DNA from: Balanoglossus misakiensis
Lineage: Eukaryota > Animalia > Hemichordata
Length of the DNA: 64,000 nucleotides
Direction: 5' to 3'
Assembly (NCBI GenBank): GCA_040954595.2
Contig: CM082592.2
Coordinates: 10,128,631 to 10,192,630, forward strand
The position numbers and the translations under genes are program-made. The notes beneath the pieces were generated by a model, which ran no database searches, was not told the origin of the DNA, and saw nothing but the letters and a program-made list of their open reading frames with translations. Numbering within the stretch: the stretch's first letter is position 1; each line of letters starts with the position of its first letter. Positions 1 through 13,222 of the stretch are shown here, piece after piece.

Positions 1-106
1 TGTGAATTTCCCATAAAATCCCTGCATTCTTTACTCTGTCGTAGTACCACTTCCTTAACCATTACAACTTGCATACTGGAAATTCCAAGAATCGTTTCCT
101 CATTAC

Positions 107-3100
107 CTTGCTGCTGGCGATATGTATTTGCCGACACCAGCTTTGTAGACTTTGGGAGCTTCTTCAGTCTTGGGTACCACTGCTACGCTGGATGAAGCCT
201 CTTCTGCTTTTTCCCTAGCATCTTTCTCTCTTCGCTTCTTCAGCTACAAAAGATGACAAAAAAACACTTAATAATGCTACTCTTTGTTTGAGTCATTATA
301 ATCAGAAAGTGTGGGTTATGGGAACCAGATGATTATATGGAGGGAGCTTCATGCAATTCTTGTGAATGTAGCAGTGACTAGCTGTGTCAAATATTATTTT
401 ACCTTTTCATCAGCTTCTTCAAAGGGATTGACAAACACTTTGATGGTTTCTATGGTGATATCTTCCTTGGGTTTGTCTTTTTTGTCGGTTTCCACGGCTT
501 CCATGGCAGTCAGTATGTCCAATCCACCCACAACCCTGTAACGACAAACACAGAGCAGTGTCTAACAGCAGATTTCAAAATCATCAGTTAATCGGTTTGA
601 GAACATGGTATGATGAGACCACATGCAATGCTGATAGCCTTGTGATGTCATCTTCATAATTTGATGAATTCTTTGTGTATTTTGTACAACATGGCATATG
701 ACAATACCAAGCATTACATTCAAATCAATTTTTTGCTGGAAAAAAAATCACAAATAATCCACTAAGCAAAAACCATTATACAGCAAATGTCAACTGTCAA
801 AACCAGATGTCCAGACCACTAAAATACATTGAAAACACCCTAGAAATTATGCGATTGATTTTGTAGACTATACAAATGGGCAGAAAAGGCGACTTTCCGT
901 CTAAACTAAATCAACCATTGATAAAATGTTTGTTTGAATCTTGCGCAATCTTTGAGGTAAATTACTGCACAGAATTCATTGTTGCATCGCGGAAAGGATT
1001 TTCCAGGATCTATGTTGAATCTGTTGATAGTCGGTCAAATTTCAGATATTGCTAATACTCACCTTCCAAAGACAGAGTGCTTGTTATCCAAATGTCTGCA
1101 TGATCTGTATGTGATAAAACTGAAAACAAAACAGAAGACGGAAAATAATCTCCAGAAAGACTGATTTGTCAGTTTAGAAAAAGATTAGCTATTATCTCAG
1201 ACTGCAAAACAAATTGAGATGTGTTTACACAGTGCAATACATACATGTCTGACCATTCAACTCAATCAATAGTTGTCTGGGTGAGGCATCATGCTATATT
1301 TAGGATTCCCCTCTGAACCCATAAGACTGGTAAATTTGCATAATAATACAGCAAGAGGTCACTAGTTGCATGACCTATGACCTGCGGGGTCAAGATGTCT
1401 TTCTACAACAATGAGTAGTATAAAACAGGACATCATGAGACCACCTCATTATGTTTTATTGCCTGTTTGCCTCATTCACCTGTATTTAATGTCACTTGTT
1501 ATTACAGGCATTGATTGGGTAGGGTATTAAAGCCAAGTATTTGTGTCATTATTTGGTTCACATTTGACAACAGCCACTGTGAACACACAAAGGCCGAATG
1601 ATAACCTATCATTAGGTTAATCAGTCCTTGTACACATTGACACTGAAATTTTTCCTGCAATCAGTGGTGTGCAAGCGAGAGTGGAAGACTTACAACTGGG
1701 ATTTGTTGGTATTTGTTCCAGAGTTGGCCATACTGAGAATGCCTCGACCAGAATGGGTCAGATTTGGTTTAAACTCGTCTCTGAATGCGCCGCCCCAGGC
1801 TGACTCACCACCTGTGGAACAGAAAAAAGTACACATAATTTAAACAATTCTATCACATCAAACTCTGAATTCTCTTGCTACACAGATGAGATAGATTATT
1901 TTTTTTTCCAATCCATACCTTTCCCTGTACCTGTTGGATCACCTCCTTGGATCTGAGGAAGAAAATCCAAAATGATCATGTTAAAATGTATAGCCATTGC
2001 ATAAGCAGAATAGGGGCAGTGCTTGGTTTTCATTTGTTATATTGATAGCAAGTTTGATGCAGCAAAATTCTGTCATGACTGCGTGACATTTTACTTCTCC
2101 TCTGTGAGACACTATCCTCTCCATCTTACCATAAAGTTTCTGATCGATCTGTGGAACACCATATCGTTGTAATATCCTCTGGAACTCAGTAGAATAAAAT
2201 TTTCACATGTCTTGGGCACCTGTGGAGAGAAAAAATATATATTCCTCTTGTTACTCCAGCAACTACACCATAAGTATATTAAATATAATTGGTGTTGTAA
2301 TTTTTCCACCTTTAAGTTAATATATGGACTATTTACAAAACTGGTCTTACTTTTCAGACTTACCATGTCACAGTGGAGTTCCACATTTAAATGTCCTTTA
2401 TTTGTCATGATTCTTGCATATCCCTTTGATTTGACCAGTTGGTATCTGACAATATCTTCATCAATGACGGCTGTAATCAATCAGCAACATAGAAACATCA
2501 ACTGAATATTTTCTAATAGTACAACTGCATGTTTAGTGATAGTGGTCCTCGACTGTTTAATGTAAATCTTGAGAGAAGAACACTTTCTGTGAGGGCGCTA
2601 TACCTACCAGCTTCATGTTCTGTTACTGGTGCTGATGCCGTTGATGTAAAACCCGCAGCCACCGCTCCTGTGCTGTAGTGAGCCTGAAAGGATGATTTAA
2701 TGAAAGAATAAAAAACATGTCAGTAATTCTTGATATCTTACAAATGAGACTTAAACAGGATACTGCACCATATAAAGGAAATTGGGCATGTAATGATGAT
2801 GTTGTGTCCAAAATAATCATTGTTATGGTCATGATATTATATTATAAACTCAATTCACGATTTCTCAAATTTAAAATGTCTACTTACAGCATTTGTACTG
2901 TCAGCTTTCTTTGCATCTGCCTTCTTCTCATCCTGCAAATAATGCACACAAATAGAGATGCAAATAACAAGAACAAGGGAACTGGCCAGTGGCCTGTATT
3001 TTCAATTACAATGCAAAATCATTAAACATCTAGTCATCCATGCAAACTGGACTGATTGCACATACCTTTGGTTTGTAATCCCTGTACAGTTCATCTAAAA

Positions 3101-4740
3101 TGTCTCGAGTTTCTGATGAGGTTGTCTTTAAATGGTATGAAGGGTCTTCTCTAGCTTTTCTATCCTCTGAAAACAACATCACAGTAAAATTACCACAAAT
3201 ACTCTACCCACATGTTACAAAGGATGACAGCAGACAAGACTGAAGTAACCACTTACCTTCATCGTCAACTTTCAGACTGTTCTTGACGTGATGAAACATG
3301 GAAATATTGAATTTATCCAGATTATGAGGATCTTGTAATGTGATGATGTCTTTTCTGGCAAATGGTTCGTCAGACAACAGATCTTTGAAATGCTTTGGTT
3401 TAATGTTCAGTGTTTCAACAGCCTGAAAATGCACAGATGTGAAAAAAATGGGAAAGGTGAAATATCGTAAAATCCAGTGATTAATAGTACCAGACTATTA
3501 GCGCTGCTTGACATGTTTCTGGTCTAGACAGAGTACAGTTTTAGACGTGTTTCAGTAGTAAGCCTTACCTCATTGGTATACACGTTCCCACTTGGTTTGA
3601 TGGCCACAAGGTGTGAATTCTTGGTGAATACTTTGTACGTTACAGGGCAGTGGTACTTTCCTGTTGCAAATAAATCAGTGACATTTTTAGCTGTTACTCC
3701 AGACATTTTGTTGTCCTCACGTCAAAGAAGTCTTCTGAGAGATGACAAGAACCAAGTACAGACACTTAACCATAAGCAAATCAACTGATCAGTCTATGAA
3801 TTTACCAAAACTGGTTTTATGGGAAATATGGGCTTGTGGATGATGAATACACTCACCTTCTGCATTCTTGTGAAAATGGAGTTTTGTCAATGCCTTTGCC
3901 TCCATTGGCTGAGAACAAAATCAGACATATCGAGGTCATTTCTAACTACATGTATATTAAAACGTTACTAGTATATCAGTGATAATACAGTCCGTGAACG
4001 GTTTTGATGAATTTTGTCAGAATGCACATAACCTCACCTCTCCAGTAATTGGATTAGTTCCATATTTCTTCAAGTATGGTATGATGCTTGTCAGGTCATA
4101 TATTGTACCATCTGGAGTGCAGTATGGATGTTCAAATGGTTGCAACGACAAACTGAAAAATGAGAATTTACAATGAAGTAAGCTCCTCTGTGCTAGACTG
4201 ATTTTGATAGAGACACTAAATGACCAAAGTATGGGATAACTTGTTGATATATTTTACTAACCTGCAATGATCAAATGGTAGCCTTCTGAAAGCTGCTTTC
4301 TCACCAATGTTTGATCCTAGAATAAAAAGGTGTATACGTTGGTAAATGAGTGGCAAAAATCAATCTAATTTAAATACATCTGATTTGCCCAAAAGATTTG
4401 CTTCTCAAGAACATTCATCCTGGTACCCCCCCCCCCCCCCCCTCTCTCATAGCAGATCTGGTCTACATACCTGCCTGCTTTCCTCCATACTGAGAGGTCC
4501 ATTCACTGTACGTGATATACCTGACAAAAAAAGAAAACGACTGTAATTCAAATATTGATGTCTGTAGAAGAAAAAGGTCTTCTGTACCAGAGGAAAGTGC
4601 AACGAACTTTTAAAAGGGATGTCATTTTCCAATGATCAGTAATAAACCACTGCTATCAGAGCAGAGAATGATGGCAGAAAACTGATCAAGCGATCAAAAC
4701 ACACTCACATTTTGTCTTTTTGATGCTGTCTTTTCCCCAT
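107..4740 (-). CDS. PPIL2: RING/U-box cyclophilin PPIL2 (Cyp60), multi-exon, 3' end truncated by window edge
   Basis: ATG at 4740 gives [11 protein letters not shown]|YITYSEW..., then [90 protein letters not shown] and [21 protein letters not shown], joined across GT-AG introns. The last visible exon ends at 107 with a donor. Confidence 0.95.
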
Positions 4741-5355
4741 CTTGATACTCGGTGAATTCTGCCCCTTTGAATGAAAGAATAACTGACAAGTACAGTATAA
4801 TCAGACGATCGAGTCAACGTCGTGCGTTTGTTTTCAGCCAAGTTTGTTTTCCTGATGAACAGGAAGTCATTACGGCTGATCTAACTTGGTCCGTGAGAGG
4901 GGATGCATTGGAAGAAAACAATGTTGACAGATTGATTGAAGTTCGTGGGTGTTAGACATACAGTTTATTATTCTATATATAGCCACAGTATTTCATTTGG
5001 ATAAATTTTCTTTTCTCTACCACAATGTTGGCATCCCAAATGATGGATATCGGTGCCCTTCCCTTCGCAATAGTGGAACGGCTTTGATGAAACCCGTTCT
5101 GAAATTATTGGAAATTTGTTGTTAAATTATACGAGTTTTCCGTGTCTTTGGTTCCTTTATAAATTATTTTATTTGAATATATTTAACTGTTTTTATATTC
5201 ATCGTATTTTATCAGTACTTTCTTACGTATCACAACGGTTTATGTTTGATACGAACCCACAGATTGAATATATTGGATAGTTTCAGTGTCAGCGAGGGCT
5301 TCTCTCAAAACGTACTCTAGCTTCCGGATGTGTGTCTACGTGTATCGCAAAAAAC

Positions 5356-7180
5356 ATGAAACGTTGGTCCTTAGTTTTGACAGGTATAGTTATAACGATT
5401 CTCTGGCATGTTGGAGTTCACAGCAAACCCATAGATTCAACGGACAGGCGAAATGTTGCTCTTGACGACAAAAACGGACGGCTGTGGACTTTGTTCAAGT
5501 CACGGAAAAAAGTAAACGACATCGGTGACTATTTAGTCTTGAAGGTGGGTACTTCTCCTCCAACTCATCATAGTGTATCAAGTTAGGCGTATATGTCGTG
5601 ATTTAGTTATTGAACATTATCCGACTGTTTGCTTTAATTCTGAAGAATAGAATGCTGCTATGAGTTTAGTGCGTAGAAGTATTTGGAAGTGGATTTCACA
5701 AGATCATAGGTGAAATGGACAAGGTGTATGTGATAAGTAGGTCGGGAGTGGTGATAACATTTGGCATGTACCGGGCCAAGCAAACATGATTTGATCTGGT
5801 ACTTCTGCATACAACAGGTGTCAGAGTCCAGTTATTTGATTACTTTAATTTATGAATGATTGATATATTTAATATTGTTTTATTTTCAAAGGGTCAAAAA
5901 CTGCAATCTGAGGCTATCCATCCACAGAAGCAGCAATTGGCCAGGTTTAGGAGATCACTGAGTGATTTAGACCAAGCATATAAATCAGTGAAGGAAAGAA
6001 GAGCAGGGAATGATGAAACGACGACTGGCAACCCTGAACCTGTTGTTGGGATTCATGAAGCTAATGTTCAGTCCACTGCTAAAGGTGATGGTCAAGGTCG
6101 ACCTGGTGTAAATGAAGGTCAAGCAAAAGTTGACCCTGTAGAACCATTGGTTCAGGGGCACCAGACTGTTAAACCTGTGACAGAAACACCTGGAGAAAAA
6201 GATGATCAGCATCAAAGTCCGGGTCCCAATAACCCTGAGCAAGTTCAGGACCCAGGTCACGATTACCAAACAACAGTCAAACCAAATGTAGCAATATATT
6301 CCACTGTAAAGAAGACCACAGAAAAACCTGTTCCAAGAACAATTCACATACAACAGACTGTTAAACCAACTGTGAAATCAACCAAAGCGAAACCCATTCC
6401 AGAAAAAGTGGATGATGGTTTAAAACCAGAACAATTAAAGCCAACATCCAAGTCAAATCCCAATAAAGTAAGCAAAGTTCCCGGTGGTGTACAGCCGACT
6501 GTGAAATTAACAAGTCATTCACCCACTCCAAAGAAAGTGGCTGCTATTGATACACAAGCAAGTGATGAGGATACTACAGTCAAAACAACATGCGAAGGCA
6601 GTGACTGCATACAGGTACGACTCCCAGGGGCAACCAGCAAGGATGCCGTGTGGGCTCTGGGAAGCCTTACATTTCTGCTACTGCTGTTGACTGGGGCTGT
6701 GTTGTATACTGGACTCTGGAAGAAGAGACACGGGAAACTGAAAAAGTGGCACAAACATGACAAGAGGGACTCTCTCAGTGTTGCAGGTGTGTGTTTCATC
6801 CCATCCCTCTGTAATGTATTTAGCACTAGTAGTACCACGTGTCAGTAGTTTAGTTAATCACCCAACACTTGTGTATCATGTAGCAGATGGTGAGTGAATG
6901 ACAAAATGCACATTGCGTCATTCCCACCACTTTCTATACAATTATTCAAACCTTGGTTGCGGGCTTCTATACAGAAGAGGCGCACATCATGATCGGAACC
7001 TATATCATTTCATTGAGTATAGCATTAATCCTTCAATTCCTTTTATCCTCACCATCAGCGCTTCTGAAGAAATCCTCCAAGTCTTCAGGCAACGGCTATC
7101 ATCACGATGGTTCAAGAAAAGAACAACAGAATCTAACAAGAATCAGAGAAGAAGACACCTCTGATGATGATTTTGTGTAA
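5356..7180 (+). CDS. Uncharacterised single-pass type I membrane protein (signal peptide, Thr/Pro/Lys-rich stalk, TM helix, acidic tail); 3 coding exons
   Basis: Exons are ~5356-5544, ~5872-6787 and 7059-7180 with compatible phases. MKRWSLVLTGIVITILWHVGVHS looks like a signal peptide. There is an RFRR motif, repeated TVKP, a TM segment AVWALGSLTFLLLLLTGAVLYTGLW followed by KKR, and a tail ending EEDTSDDDFV*. Confidence 0.75.
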
Positions 7181-7280
7181 CTCTTTCACCACCCCCTTAC
7201 GTAACAACAGTTTGGTTCAGTCCTATTGTTTTCAATGGTGTGGTTAGACAGGTCTATAAGGAAATAGGGGTGTGAAGGGG
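7181..7280. mobile_element. Short MITE-like element, degenerate copy
   Basis: Ends are CTCTTTCACC ... GGTGTGAAGGGG. The internal ATTGTTTTCAATGG is shared with copies at 15946, 44710 and 50256. Confidence 0.5.
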
Positions 7281-8572
7281 TAAACATGTCAGTAGAATCT
7301 GTGCATATCCCTACTGTCACTATTCACGTGTTTGTATCATTGCAACTACTAGTAAATTCACCTTGATAGAAATTGAAGTACCAGACACTGACTGCAGTGT
7401 TTTCTATGCATTAAGTGGCTTATAATATAGTGGAAGAAGGTATCACTAAATTTTCAAAATTGTGTCTATAATTATAAATCTATAAGATATGTTTAGTATG
7501 ATAGGAAACCATTCTTATCAGAAAATGTAAGATTTAACAAGCAAATTGTATATTATCACTTCTAATAATTTCTTTCTTCAGCAAAACAGCTGATTCTATC
7601 ATTATATCCACTGGGGGTCTGATATTTGAAAAATTATATCAAATAACTTAATATAAAATATTTTTATAATAAAGAAATTTGCCTTAAATATAATATTGTA
7701 TGTATATCCAAAGATCATTCATTGATCTACTTAAAGAATTGTTTATATAAGTTTTTGTGCATGTGGATGTGAATAATCTCTTTGTTCAAAGTGTAGGGTA
7801 TGCATTTTTTTCAAAATCCTGTAGGGTTGAGTCTGCCTAAGATATCGTAGATATAATTTAAATGATCTATCATTTGCAATGCAACAATTTAGTTAAAAAA
7901 CATTATGCTGCTTTCATGAAGTTTGCAGTGAATATTGCCATTTATTGAATTTCACAGTTGCAGTATTGTTTCTTCAGCTCAGCTGATTATGTGATATTTT
8001 GAAATAGTGTAAAGTAAATTTATTTCTTGCCATTCTAGGTGTCAGGAATGAATATTAAGTGCAATCTAATTATGTTAAGACTACTGGTATTTTCACCAGG
8101 AAATATTGCTGCATCAGTTGAGTTTGTGATTTATCTCCAGGAACAGCTGAGTTGCATAAAGGAATCACCATTTACCATTTTTCAAATGAGTGAATATTTT
8201 TATCACAAAAGGTGAAATAAAAGAGCATATTGTTCTAATGAAATATCATTCTAATGAAATATTTTATTCCAAATGCTACAGCTACCATTTCTCAAAGTTG
8301 GCAGTGATAGATATATACATTTACAGTATTAAGGTGAAACTATCCATATTTGAATGATAAAAGTAAATTTTGCAGGCTAGGAAAGTATATACAGAGTCAT
8401 ACAAGAGAAAAATTTCTTCCATGCACTGCTTGTATATTCAAAACCACTTGGGTAAATGTTCAGTGCCACAAGTGATAGTACAATGCACACAGTGAATGTT
8501 CACCAGGAAAAGTTTGTGAAGTCTCCTCTGATCTGATCTCATAGCGAAACTAGTGGATCAATTCGGATCTTT

Positions 8573-10545
8573 TCAGCGTGCCGTCAAAGCGCTGGCCACT
8601 GCAGCTACATTTTCCACGTACTCGGTCAGTTCATCTGCAGCACTGGAACTTTGTAAATCTGTCAGTCTATGCAGTAATCTGGACTGCTGGGCGTTCAAAT
8701 CATCATCGACCTGTAAGTAGAGGAAGTGGTTAGTTGATGTTGATTATTACAGAGGGCTGTCTATACTTTCTAGTAATCACACACCATTGACTGGTGGATG
8801 ATTGCTGACGTAACTTACCTCGCACAGTGGGATTTTTAAACTCTCTTCTGGCAGTGGGGGTAAATCCAACTCCTCCTCATAGTCTTCTCTAAGTAAAGGA
8901 TGTAACTGTGGAATACAGCAAAGCAAAGTTTTAAAATCATTTCACTGTTGTTGAAAAGATTTCATTTCATTACTCTATGATTTCCCTTGTGATAGGTTGG
9001 GGTAGGCTTGTAGTAGTACACTCTAGTATACTGACAGCAGCTACAACAGTCTGTGAATCAACTCTCCCAATCACAACAGTACACATCAGATCTCCATACC
9101 TTTTTCTTCCAGTTGGCATGGCTGCTATCAAACGTGTCGATATTTCCTTGAAGTTCTTCAAGTTCATCTTGTTTTGTCTCAACAGCTCTTTCAAAAGAAA
9201 ATGGATACATGATTAGCAACGTATATTTGTATCTATACTTGAATAGTATCATGTTGAATGGTTTGAGATGATGAACATACTTATCCAGTTGTTCAGCTTG
9301 ATCTTCCATCAAATCAATCTGTGTAGAACTTTGAACTAAAACTTCTTCAAGTAGTTTCTGTCAGAAAAGCAAGAAATACTTCAATACCCTCCATGTAAAT
9401 ATACAATTAATCTGTCATACGGTACCACTCTTTTGATTTCAAATTACATCAATTAAAGGCAATGGAAACAATGGTCTCACTCTCTACTCACACAGTGACT
9501 GTCCATTTTCTTATAATTGACATATTTTGCGGCTGGTGCTTTTACTTTTCTCATCTTGGTAGAAATCCTGAAACAGACAAGGGATGTTGCCAATGATGAA
9601 ATCTGGCATTTTTATTCACATAATCAGTTTCAGCTGAGAACTTTGGGGTCTGATTGAGGAAAATTGAGGACAAATTACCTATCCTTCAAATTGTTGAGAT
9701 GATCTTGGACATCATTGTAGCTGACAGCACTGCTATGGCTCAGAGAGTGCCTTTGGAATAGAAAAAGAGAAGCAACTTGTAATTAGTGAAATCACACAAA
9801 ACACTGTAAATATGATCAGAGTATTTTGGTAAAACAATTTGGTGAATTTCAGACACATCATAGTGACTGTAAGCACTACAGATGATCACTGATCAGGAGA
9901 TCTTACATTTGAATTAACACAGATGTATAGGACTCACATGATGGCTTGATCAAGCAAGTTACTGACAAGATCTTGGGATGACTTTTGTATTGGTTTCCAT
10001 TTCGACAAAGCTTTCGAGGAGACCGTCTTCTCTTTGAATTCATCGTCCTGAACTAAATATTGGAAACAAATTAAGTGAGTGATTAATGTACAAAATTAAC
10101 ATCAATGAAATTTGTTAAAGTGTTTGTGTTGTATGTCTTCATCAATACAGAGATTATTGGAAGATCTGTTAGGTAGTTTTCCATGTCAAGTGTCTGAAAT
10201 ATTTCTGACCTTTTTGCTTGACTGTTTTCTTGCTCACTCTCTGTTTTGGCTCTGTCTTCTTTTTCTGTATTTTGGGGTAAAGAGTAGAAAAGATGATCAG
10301 AAATTCTACACACAACAGGTGGCATAGTGTACAACATAAGTATGTGAATACATGTGTACCTTTGCATTTGGTGTTCTGGTTGCAGGACTTGCTCGTTTTC
10401 TGTTTGATGTCAATGACTGAACTGCTGCTGACTGTGATTTTTTGTTCTGTTTCTTGGACTTGGATGGTCCAGGTTTTGGATTGGCTTGCCTAGATTTGTA
10501 CTGTCGGCTAGCAGGGGTCTTCTGTTTGTTCTTGCGTGGTGGCAT
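8573..10545 (-). CDS. CENPQ: Centromere protein Q-like (CENP-Q), multi-exon
   Basis: Basic N-terminus MPPRKNKQK... Joined exons give KWKPIQKSSQDLVSNLLDQAI, DVQDHLNNLKDR, KVKAPAAK, a coiled coil, ELDLPPLPEESLKIPL and LLHRLTDLQSS. These parallel, in order, vertebrate CENP-Q blocks recalled from memory (WQPLSKST, IQYHLNFLKKR, LKVPPKK, LSLPELSQKTLKAP, LLKDLDILHNS). TGA at 8573-8575. Confidence 0.75.
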
Positions 10546-10967
10546 TGTAAAACTGCAAATGTAGTCTACTGAAGAATAGGACTGAAATAAACACAAGATG
10601 TTACTGATGATGATGATCATGATGTTATGAGGTGATCAAGTACACAGGTTGAGTTGTAGAAGAAAGCCACGTAGTGTAGCTCCATTACAACTGCACATAG
10701 GATATAATCTTACCCGCACCTCGGAAAAAAGTTGCTCATTTTGCTTCAGTACACCACAATCTGTTTGCGAGTGAACTTGTAAACATTTCGAAAATTGCGC
10801 TGTCAAGTTATTGTCATTGTGCGCATGAGTGAAGACCCCTGGATGACCTTAATGATATTGAAAAGTGCACTATTCAACACTTCTCAGGATTGGCTATCTG
10901 GGTGACATCTTGCGTAAACTGTCCAATAGCTGTATACCTAACATTCATGCTATCATGTTCGTATCAC

Positions 10968-13222
10968 ATGGCGGGAAAGAGCAGAAATCTACAAAACAAC
11001 ATGGAGGAGAAGAAAGGTGAGGCGATGGAAGTTGACGATGGTGCAAGTACCAGTAAACAGAAATCAAAGCCAACATATAAGTCTGCCAAAACGTCGTCAG
11101 GCTACGAACTTCCATGGTGAGTGCTTGCTAAGCTGGCTACACGCAACTTTGATACATACTACTTGGATACACTGTTACTAGGATACTGGAGGTAGAACTT
11201 CTACAGAGTAGAAGATTAAGAGATAATTACTATTGAACATAAAACTTCTTTGTCAACAGGGTGGAGAAGTATCGGCCAGTGACATTAGCAGAAGTGGTTG
11301 GGAATGAAGAAACTGTAAGCAGGCTTGAAGTATTTGCCAAAGAGGGCAATGTTCCAAATATTATTATAGCTGTAAGTTTGTTTGTTTGTTTGTTTATGTA
11401 TGTATGTAAGTTTTGGTCACATGAGCTAATCAGGTGGGCCACTAGGTTACATACCCATCCAACTTTCAGTAGTAGTTGTCAAATTTGTTGTTTCAGCATT
11501 TTAATTATTCAAATATTCTTCAATCAGTAATAATAATTACTACAAACAACTCTTCTTTTTTGTCCAGGGTCCACCAGGTACTGGCAAGACAACCAGTATT
11601 CTGTGTTTAGCAAGGACATTACTTGGATCAGCTTTTAAAGATGCTGTGTTAGAACTGAATGCATCCAATGACAGGTAAGCTTTAAGTGTCTTGATTTGAT
11701 TTGATTATGAAAAGCATCACCAGCAGGTATTTGTGAGTTAAACAAAAACGTATTTTATTTTTCAGAGGAATTGATGTGGTGAGGAATAAGATCAAAATGT
11801 TTGCACAACAGAAGGTGACTTTGCCGAAAGGGAGACACAAGATTATCATACTGGATGAAGCAGACAGGTATATATTTTTTTAAAATTATGTTGTATATAC
11901 ATTTCTGTGATGGTTGCATTTGTAAGTATATAAACTTTCCTCCATTTTAAATTATTTTCAGTATGACAGACGGAGCACAGCAAGCTCTCAGAAGAACCAT
12001 GGAAATTTACTCCAAAACCACCAGATTTGCATTGGCTTGCAATACATCAGATAAAATTATTGGTAAGTGTTGTCATGGCTCTGGTGAAATCTCATGGTAT
12101 TTAATGTCTGTAGCAGTTGACGGGAGTGTATTAACATTAGTGAAGTGTACACAGCTTAACATTTTTGGTGATGACATTTTCAGAGCCGATTCAGTCGCGT
12201 TGTGCCGTGCTGCGGTACTCCAAGCTGACAGATGCTCAGGTGTTGAATCGTTTGATGACCGTCATTGAAAAGGAGCAAGTGACGGCTGATGACAGTGGCT
12301 TGGAAGCGATTATATTTACATCACAGGGGGATATGAGACAGGTGAGGGTCAAATTAGATTGGGTTAGCTCTTCCATTGAACATTCCCAAACTTGACACTC
12401 TATATCAAACACCAGCACAGTGAAATTTTCGAATGACAATACCCTGTTTTGTTTCTTGGTACAGGCACTCAACAACGTACAGTCAACATGGCAAGGTTTT
12501 GGTGATGTCACAGGTGAAAATGTATTCAAGGTAAGATCGCAAACTGTGACTAGTTTCTCCCCATGGCATTGATTGTTGGTGATGAACTATTGTCTGACCA
12601 ATCATTTGTTGTCACGTAACAGGTCTGTGATGAGCCTCATCCATTGGTCGTTAAAAACATGTTGCAGTTTTGTGCAGATGCCAACATAGATGAAGCGTAC
12701 AAACTGATGAAGCATCTGTGGATGATGGGGTATTCCTCGGAAGACATCATCAACAACATGTTTAGAGTCTGCAAGAATGCACAGCTGCCTGAGTTTATCA
12801 AACTTGAATTTATCAAGGTGGGTCAGTGGAAGTCTGCACGCTGCTGAAGTTACCCTTAAATTCACTTTTTTATTGAAATCACCAACAGAGTGGCTAGCTC
12901 TATCGTGCTTGCTGAACTTGAAGTGCGCCCTCTGGTGTTGGCATTGTGACTGTGCCGCCAGACCTATTGCCTTGTACATACATACTCCAGTACATACTTG
13001 TTAATCACCTAGGCTTCTCTTCCCAACCATGGCAGGATTGTCAGCCTATAATCAGATGTTTACAAATAACTGTGTCCGTCCTCAGTGATCATTCTTTCTT
13101 TTTATTTTTTTCCACAGGAGATCGGCTACACTCATCTCAGGATTGCGGAGGGTGTACAGTCGTTACTTCAGATGTCAGGATTGCTGGCCAGGTTATGTCA
13201 AAAAACGGAAACACCAGATTAA
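10968..13222 (+). CDS. RFC2: Replication factor C subunit 2 (clamp loader AAA+ ATPase)
   Basis: ELPW|[15 protein letters not shown]|GPPGTGKTT (Walker A), [66 protein letters not shown] and [30 protein letters not shown] at 13220-13222. The start could instead be the ATG at 11001. Confidence 0.96.

Noticed and set aside
2752-2768. GTATCCTG on the minus strand in PPIL2 as a possible U12 donor
   Set aside because: The flanking exons join in frame (STNA|AHYSTG) using ordinary GTAAG/CAG sites, so this motif is mid-intron.
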